Shown here in pieces: positions 56,430 through 64,000 of a DNA stretch of 64,000 nt. Made by a program: the position numbers and the translations under genes. The stretch is from Octopus vulgaris (Eukaryota). The number at the start of each line of letters is the position of its first letter. Position 1 is the first letter of the stretch. Below the pieces are notes generated by a model. It had not been told where the DNA came from and did not search any database. It was given only the letters and a program-made list of their open reading frames with translations. The stretch is from positions 45,322,001 to 45,386,000 of the forward strand of contig OX597816.1 of NCBI GenBank assembly GCA_951406725.2, in the 5' to 3' direction.

Positions 56430-56937
56430 ACATCTGTTCTTATACTTGCTATACTTAAGTCTAAAGTTTAACTCATAACCAAGTCTAAATAATATAAAAC
56501 TGATATAGAACTAATTATTTTCTATTTCTCTGTTAATTGTTTTAATTTGTTGTTTAAGGAGAAAATCTAAAATTCCTATTACTGATTACATTAAGAATAA
56601 TTTGGTCAGTAGAAAATCAATATCTGAAAAATCTACACCTGTTTTTTCAAGTCAACAAAATATTTATCTTTTAACAAATCAACCAATCTACTTCCTTCTG
56701 TTCTTTGTTTTTTAACCTCAGAAATAGATTTGAATGGAGAGAATGTATACTATTTCTTTTTATGTAATATAGATGCAGGGATAGCTTTGCAGTAGAGAAG
56801 TTTGCTTCATGACCATGTCGTCACAAGTTCGATCCCACTGTATGGCACCTTGTGCAAATGTCTTCTACTATAGCCCTGAGATGATCGAAGCCTTGTAAGT
56901 AGATTTGGTAGATAGAAACCAGTCTTTGTTTTAACAT

Positions 56938-57350
56938 ATTTCTTTATTGACCACAGGGGGACAAACATAGATGGGACAAAGAAGGATGGACAAAGGGATT
57001 AAGTCGATTATATCGACCCCAGTGCGTAACTGGTCCTTATTTAATCGACCCCTAAAGGATGAAAGGCAAAGTCAACCTCGGTGGAATTTGAACTCAGAAC
57101 ATAATGACAGGCAAAATACCTATTTCTTTACTACCCACAAGGGGCTAAACACAGAGAGGACAAGCAAGGACAGACAAACGGATTAAGTCAATTACATTGA
57201 CTCCAGTGCATAACTGGTACTTATTTAATTGACCCTGAAAGAATGAAAGGCAAAGTTGACCTCGGCAGAATTTGAACTCAGAACTTAACGGCAGACAAAA
57301 TACCGCTAAGCATTTCAGCCAGCATGCTAACAATTCTGCCAGCTCACCAT
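56938..57350 (-). mobile_element. SINE C dimer
   Basis: Same junction aaatacc|tatttctttactacccac, at about 57120. Confidence 0.75.
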
Positions 57351-57515
57351 GATTCATCAGAACTTTCAACTGGTATATATGACTCATTTATAATAAAACA
57401 TTTACATGCTGAATACATTTGATTACAGTAATATCCATATGTGCTTCACAAGGACATAGCTTAGATTACAACCCTTTCTATGCACTACTTGTATATGTAT
57501 GTGAGCATGTGTATG

Positions 57516-57560
<45 letters not shown>

Positions 57561-57564
<4 letters not shown>

Positions 57565-57806
57565 GCAGCGTGGAAGGTGTTTATAAGCCATTTAAGAAAC
57601 ACACAAAAACACAGAATTTTGTCAGTGAACAGGTTGTGGTCTCAAAGCGCTGAGAATATTTTGGCAAATTAAATTTAAATGTTGAAGTGAATCTAACGGT
57701 TTTTGTGTGTTTCTTAAATGGCTTATAAACACCATCCAAGCTGCAATTGTTTTCGTTCCAGCACACATTCTCAGATCAGGTCACTTGCAATGCAAGTACA
57801 TCTCCG

Positions 57807-57810
<4 letters not shown>
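57561..57810. mobile_element. Fold-back Penelope-like element, short left arm, decayed hammerhead-like motif (57618-57668)
   Basis: Homologous to 42376-42710, with (TA)n on both sides. Confidence 0.65.
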
Positions 57811-57839
<29 letters not shown>

Positions 57840-57842
<3 letters not shown>

Positions 57843-58075
57843 AATCCCCCCAAAAAAACGAAGAACAAACACAAAAAGCAACAACATGAGGACGTGTTAC
57901 ATGTAAAGTATTAGCAGACGTTCAGGGAAGGAAAGAAAGGTGGTTTTTACATTTCAAGCAAAGCTCTTCTTCAGAAAGAGGAGAGTCCAATAGAAAAGGA
58001 GGAAAAAAATCGGAGGTAAAAAAGACAGAGGAAAAAATTCGCCAATGATTCACATGTGGTTACATTTTGAAATCA
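57840..58075 (-). mobile_element. Related short Penelope-like element with canonical CUGAAGA core (57944-57978)
   Basis: Reverse complement CTTT-CTGAAGA-A-GAGC-ttt-GCTT-GAAAT-GTA-AAAA. Confidence 0.5.
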
Positions 58076-58555
58076 CCAGAAGGGAATGGGTGAAGAAAAA
58101 GTTCTTTCTAAGACAGGAGAGTGTAAGAGAAGGAGGTATGTGTGGGTATGTGCGTACACACGTCTCTGTGCGTATGTGCGTGCGCACAAGTCTGTCTGTG
58201 TGTGTGTGTGGTGTTTGTGTGGTATTGGCTGTTTATCTGTGTATGTGTGAGTGAACTTTGTGTCTCTTAAGGTCGTAGGAAGAATTCAGCAACATGGTAA
58301 CAGGAGTGGTGGTCCTTCGTGTAGTTATGTGTCTTTTCACATGTGTGTAGAGGAATGGTCAGTAGAAAGGTGTTTGACTGGCAGTTTCAAGTATGTGTGT
58401 GCATGCATATGTATGTGTGTGCATATATGTGTATGTTGTGCGTATGTGTTTTGTGTGTAGTGTGTGCATGCGTCTGTGTGTTTGCATGTGTGCGTGTGTA
58501 TGTGTGTGTGTGTGCGTGTGCATGTATGTATGTATGTATGTATGTATGTATGGCA

Positions 58556-58830
58556 TATGACATAGTGGTTAAAAGCGCAGGTTACTAACCCCAAGATTTT
58601 GAGTTTGATTCCAGGCAGTGACCTGAATAATAATAATAACAACAACAACAACATCGAAAAATACCTTAGGAATGAGAACCCAGGTTCAAAATTTCCCCAA
58701 GACACCTGATGAAGGCTGGAGGGTATATCAACTGAAACGTGTTAACAACAAACAAGATGAGGACAAATATCCGTTAATTGTAAATAATGTAAATAATGTA
58801 TATAATTCCTCATCTCTTAAATATAGAACT
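58556..58830 (+). mobile_element. tRNA-headed SINE-like element with (AAT/AAC)n linker and hammerhead-like tail
   Basis: Degenerate A-box (tgacatagtgg) and B-box (gagtttgattcc), with GACAC-CTGATGA-A-GGCTG...CAACT-GAAAC-GTGTT at 58701-58743. Confidence 0.55.
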
Positions 58831-58859
58831 GTATTTTCTGTGCATTCTTATGTTTATTG

Positions 58860-59335
58860 TATCAACACATCTACCACATACAAAGACCACGTTCTCTGTT
58901 ACGTTCCTGCGATTTCATTGCACCTCTTATTTGTCCATAGCTTACACCGGGTACACCAAATGGATCTTTTACTTAAAACTTTTCTACATAATGAAGAGGG
59001 CAATTTCCATGAAGGGGCTAGTAATTTGTCTGCTTTCTTGGTTACTATTACATTGGTCTCTGCTAAATTAACTCTAAGGCCCTTAGAGTCCAATCCTTGC
59101 TTCCATACCTAAAATATCTTCTCTAACTCTAGCAGACATTCAGCCTTAAGAACAAGGTCATCAGCTGAGATGACATCCTAAGGGTAATCAGTCTTTAATT
59201 CCTCAGTTATGTCCTAAAGGACTACGATAAACTAGAAAGGGTTGAGAATCAATCCTTTGTGAACTCTTACCTGCACACTAAATTCATTACTGTACTCAAT
59301 ACCAACTTTCACCTTATTGACAGCATTCCTGTATG
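58860..59335 (-). mobile_element. Degenerate RTE LINE fragment
   Basis: SADDLVL, WKQGLDSKGLRVNLAET and SIWCTRCKLW motifs on the minus strand. Confidence 0.75.
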
Positions 59336-59505
59336 TGGCTTGGATGGCTCTCATCAACCATTCACCTACCCCTAGCATCTGCATCAAGCACCAGATTAGT
59401 GAGCAAAGAATTCTGTCAAAGGCTTACTCCATGTCAACCAATGCCATGTACAGCAGTTTATTTTTTTGCTAAGTGCTTCTCTCCCAGTTGCCTTATGAAT
59501 GTATG

Positions 59506-60316
59506 TACGTGGTCTGATCAATAAGTATCCGGGCTGTTGCCATAGTAACAAAGCTAAAGCACGGAGAGTAAAGCCACTCAGCATAGATTGACCGTGGACA
59601 CTACTGTGCATGTGCTCTAAGTTTTAACATTCTAGCTTACTTCCGCTGTTTACAGCAGTGCTTTCAAGGAACGTGTGTAGCGTGTGATTATCGCATTGGC
59701 CATGACAGAGAAAGTTGAGCAGAGAATCTGCATCAAATTTTACCAAAAGCTTGGCGATACCTGCTCAGAGGCCTACGCAAAGTTTTCAAAAGGTTTTCAT
59801 CGTTTTCGACACAATCAAGGAGATCTTGTGCAACTGAAACTTGACTGTCTTTTTGGTCATCTGAAAGCAGTTTTAGTACAAAGTTGGCAGATGTGTGTCT
59901 CACACCCAAATCTTCACGGATGGTGATTCAACGATTTGGCCTCACAGCTGCACGTACATCTGCGATGTTTTTCTCAGTTCTGTTTGTTGCGGGTTTCCCA
60001 GAATGTCCGTCACTATCGACATTTTTTCGGCCATCTTTGAAACGTCTGAACCACTCATACACTCCTCTCCATACGCTTTCTGCAGCTTTGAATTGGCCTC
60101 TGAGCAGGCCTCGCCATTACAACTTTCTGTCATGGTCAATGCGATGATCACACGCTGCACACGTTCCCTCCAAGCACTGCTGTAAACAGTGGAAGTGAGA
60201 TAGAATGTTAAAACTTAGTGCGCATGCACAGCAGATTTCAAGGTCAATTTTTGCCAAGCAGCTTCACTCTGCATTCTTTAGCTTTGTTACTATGGCAACA
60301 GTCCGCATATTTATTG
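59506..60316. mobile_element. Fold-back mariner derivative made of two inverted 5' ends
   Basis: The left arm encodes MTEKVEQRICIKFYQKLGDTCSEAYAK. The right arm is its reverse complement and extends further into the HTH region. Confidence 0.75.
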
Positions 60317-60333
60317 TGTGTGGAGTATATAAA

Positions 60334-60370
<37 letters not shown>

Positions 60371-60422
60371 TTTTCTCACTGGATTCGTTTCCCTTTTTGT
60401 CTTCTGCAATTTTATTTTTCGA

Positions 60423-60478
<56 letters not shown>

Positions 60479-60714
60479 GAAATTTCCTCCGTCTGGTTGT
60501 TTTTCTATCTACAAAACGGAATGTTGCATTATGGAACAGTTATTTTAACGAGTTTTTAAAATTTATTTGTCACCCGACAAGATACGTCTGCACCACCGGA
60601 TACTCCTCCTGTACCAGTTTTTGTTTGTCCCTCAAGAGGAGTCGATGCTAGATGTGTCGAAAAAATTGTGATTAATAATATATTCTCGTATATTCCATCT
60701 TCTTTTTTTCCATT

Positions 60715-60751
<37 letters not shown>

Positions 60752-60755
<4 letters not shown>

Positions 60756-60940
60756 AAGAGAATTCACGAAAAAAAAAAGACGAAGACAGGTGATGTTGAA
60801 AACAAACAGATGTATTAGTATAACGCTCGGGAATTGAAAAAGTCTTTAACGTTTCGAGCCTACGCTCTTCCACAGAAAGGAACACAGAAAGAAACAAGGA
60901 GAGAAAAAAATGTGTGTAGTGGCTACCGATCTATCATGGC

Positions 60941-60943
<3 letters not shown>
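60752..60943 (-). mobile_element. Short Penelope-like element (best-preserved CUGUGGA copy)
   Basis: About 190 bp embedded in (TA)n on both sides, CpGs intact, with at least five homologs in the window. Confidence 0.6.
60844..60879 (-). ncRNA. Minimal hammerhead-like motif with CUGUGGA core
   Basis: Reverse complement CTTT-CTGTGGA-A-GAGC-gtag-GCTC-GAAAC-GTT-AAAG. Position 6 is U instead of A. Confidence 0.45.
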
Positions 60944-60988
<45 letters not shown>

Positions 60989-61567
60989 GTGTATGTATGT
61001 GCATGCATGTATGTAAGAAAGAGAAAAAGTGAGAGTGATAGTAAATGTATGTTTGTGCCTCTGTGTGTTGACACTGCATAATAGTTGTAAATGGGCATTA
61101 CCATCATATAAGTTCCTTCTCTTAACACATTTTCTTTTGGTTATACACACATACATGCTCACACACATTCACACATAATGTACACATATACAAGCACACA
61201 TTCACACATACGTATATACATACATTCAATACAGACATATTTAAAATACAATGTAATTCAATATACACGAGACATTATATATATGTAGATATAATAGAGA
61301 TAAATCTAGTTATATATTTAAATGTCTTCTCACTGAAATTGTAAATGATATCCATTTGTTTTCTTAAGTAAGCAGAAAAATAACTGGGAATCCTTTTACA
61401 GGTCTGTTTTGGAGATGGTTGTCTATTCATAAGAGAAAATCTACCAGATCCTTTGTCTAACTAGAGTTCTAAATCACTGTATATAGAAATAGCTTAGCAG
61501 AATATATCATTAGTACACTCCTTTATTTACATATGATACATTATCTGATCGTATAGCTAGTAAAATA

Positions 61568-62083
61568 TTGGGTTGCCCGGAAAGTTCGTGCCGATTTTTA
61601 AAGGAAAGAAAAAGGTCAATAAATACTTGCCATTACATTTTTAATCAACCAAATATGAACCATTTTGTTGCACAATGCGTCTCCATCTTTCCTTTAACTT
61701 GAAAATACCCTCTTCCCAGAATTGAGGGAGTTTCATGGCAAACAATTCATCAAGGTATCTTTTTACGTCATCCAAGGAATTGAAATTTTTACCATTAAGA
61801 CTATTCTGCAGAGACATGAATAGGTGGAATTCCGAAGGAGGAATATCTGGTGAATATGGAGGGTGGAGTAACACATCCCAGCCGATCTGCAGCATTTTAA
61901 AGGGTTACAAAATTAATACAGGTTATAGGAACATAAACCTTCTTCCATAAAAACATAGCTTAAACTGTGCTCTAATCCTATTTTATGGAATAGTCAAATC
62001 CTATTTTATGGACTCAACCATGTTCTAAAATAAGTCGAAAGGTAAGCTACTATAAATCGGCACGAACTTTCCGGACAACCCAA
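61568..62083 (-). mobile_element. Internally deleted mariner, 516 bp
   Basis: 30-bp TIRs ttgggttgcccggaaagttcgtgccgattt / aaatcggcacgaactttccggacaacccaa with TA duplications. It retains only the C-terminal WDVLLHPPYSPDIPPSEFHLF...GSYLVD*. Confidence 0.92.
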
Positions 62084-62624
62084 TAATATATATTTATATA
62101 GATCACGGTGGAAATCAAAACACCTGAAATGTATAGTGCAGATGTGATGTTTCTACATCGGCTGTAAGTTCTGCTGCTAAGGCCTTCAAATAAATAATTG
62201 TTTATTTGTTTGGTAAAAAAAAAATGGGACATATTCACCAAGAAAAATCGTTACGTGTCATTCAAAACTAAACTAGTACCAGATTTATGTAAACTACCTT
62301 AATTGAATATGGATAAGTTGCATTATGTAATACATATCATCATTATTGTTTGATGTCTGCTTTCTATGCTGGCATAGGTTGGACTGCTTGAGAGGAGATG
62401 ACCAGACAGAAGACTGCACTAGATGTCTGTGTTTGTTTTGGCATGTTTTTACGACTGGATGCCTTTCCTAACACCAACCGCCCAGCAGAGTGAAACTTGG
62501 GGTCCTATTCTTGGGCTATACCATTTCATATACGCTAGTATGCAACCCTTTCAAAATCAAAAGTCATCTAAAATCCAACTTTCATTCCAAAGCATTTCAG
62601 ATTAGTCATTAATTCTGTCTCTAA

Positions 62625-63052
62625 TTCTTTCTTTCTTTCTTCCTTTCTTTCTTTCTTTCTTTCTTTCTTTCTCCATTTCTCTCTGTCACTTTTTCTCTTT
62701 CTCTCTTTTTCTCCCTCTCTCTCTCTCTCTCTTTCTCTCCCCTCTCTCTCTTTCTCTCCCCTCTCTCTCTTTCTCTCCCCTCTCTCTCTTTCTCTCTTCT
62801 CCCTCTCTTTCTTTCTTTCTTTCTTGCTCTCTCCTTCACTCTTTCCCTCCCTCTCCCTCTCCCTCTTTCTCTCTCTCTTTCTCCCCCTCCCTCTCTCTTT
62901 CTCTTTCTCATTTTTCTTTCTCTCTCTTTCTCTTTCTCCTTTTTTCTCTCTTTCTCTCTTTCCCTCCCTCTCTCTTTCTCTTTCTCCTTTTTTCTCTCTT
63001 TCTCTCTTTCCCTCCCTCTCACTCTCCCTTTCTCTCTTTCTCCCCCTCTCTC
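62625..63052. repeat. Polypyrimidine (CT/CTTT/CCCT)n tract
   Basis: Direct reading. Confidence 0.95.
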
Positions 63053-63497
63053 TCGATATATGCATGTGTATATATACACAGGATGCATCAGTTTTTTCAA
63101 GGTCCTTTGCAATAGCTCTGATCGACTTTTGGGGGGTTTTTATTAATTATTTCTTGGACTTTTGGTTAAGTTCTAATGGCATTAGGACTCCTTACATCCA
63201 TTTTGCACTTAGATGCTGAGGAGATCCAAGAGACAATCATTCCATGATAGTGAGTTGACAACCTCCACCTACATACACATATATAATACATGCATACATA
63301 CGCACGCGCATGCACACACACACACACATACATATACACACTCGCATGTGCATATGTTTACACACAACATTAGGTGAGAGACTTTATATGCTGCCAGCTT
63401 TAATATCAAACACCACCTGGACACGAGGAGGTATGGACTGGCTTTATAGGAGTTCATTCTAATTACATCTTCTCATGTGTAGTGACATTAATTGCCA

Positions 63498-63700
63498 ATG
63501 ATGATGAAGATGATAATGAGGAGGAAGATAATGATGGTGATGATGGTGGTGATGTTGATGGTAATGGTGGTGGTGGTGGTGATGGTGGTGGTGGTGATGG
63601 TGGTGGTGGTGATGATGATGATGTTCATGCGGTTGTTGTTGTTGTTGGTGGTGGTGGTGGTGGACGCGGTGGTGGACGCGGTGGTGGTGAGGATGATGGA
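63498..63700. repeat. (GAT/GGT/GTT)n trinucleotide microsatellite
   Basis: Direct reading. Confidence 0.9.
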
Positions 63701-64000
63701 GTGTTCAATCTAAATGATACCTGACTGTAAATTTCATAAAAGTACATTACTGGAAAGACGAGTATTCTGTAAGTCAAAGTTTATTAACTATATAGATTAT
63801 ACTATTAATCACACAAGCCAACAATGAAGGGGCTTCAACTAGGTCGATAAATTTGCTAGAAATAACAACTACATCATCTTCAAATTACACCCTATCATCT
63901 TTAATAACGAAATAACGGGAATTTTGGGGGAATGTATTTTGGTGGGGTATACTATGTTCCGAAAGGAAAAGATGGAAAGCCACGAGAAGAATACTCTTAT

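Noticed and set aside
60476-60710. Unique-looking 230-bp island within (TA)n
   Set aside because: It has no splice-bounded ORF and faintly resembles a decayed CR1/L2-type LINE 3' end, too weak to call.
63374-63430. Possible plus-strand exon (ERLYMLPALISNTTWTRG, ag...gtatgg)
   Set aside because: It has no polypyrimidine tract, and splicing from the 62163 candidate gives an immediate stop (CT|G TGA).

Overview
This is AT-rich, microsatellite-dense animal DNA. Its SINE, LINE and microsatellite content resembles an Octopus (coleoid cephalopod) genome; that assignment is an inference, not a database check. The only confident gene is the 5' part of a kinesin-9 KIF6-like gene on the minus strand. 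Four coding exons (44502-44561, 34736-34848, 31949-32023, 7541-7583) splice in frame with GT-AG sites to give 97 aa (MVKETIRIYARLKPT...[24 protein letters not shown]...VLAGYNGTIFAYGQ) over about 37 kb, and the gene continues beyond the left edge. Most of the remaining sequence is repeat: RTE LINE 3' ends and fragments, several modular tRNA-derived SINE families, an RLE-type LINE fragment, mariner elements, Tc2-like and piggyBac-like MITEs, a Helitron-like element, a 21-23 bp minisatellite and many microsatellites. Nearly all long ORFs in the supplied track are repeat artefacts. The most interesting signal is a set of short Penelope-like elements, mostly embedded in (TA)n, that carry minimal type I hammerhead-ribozyme-like folds with non-canonical cores. 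These include a fold-back family with a compensatory G3-C8 swap (GUGAACA), a family with CUGUNGA, and a tRNA-headed SINE with CUGAUGA. No ribozyme activity is demonstrated. Repeat boundaries are approximate, read by eye. Family labels (B, C; modules X, Y, P, Q, R) are my own working names.
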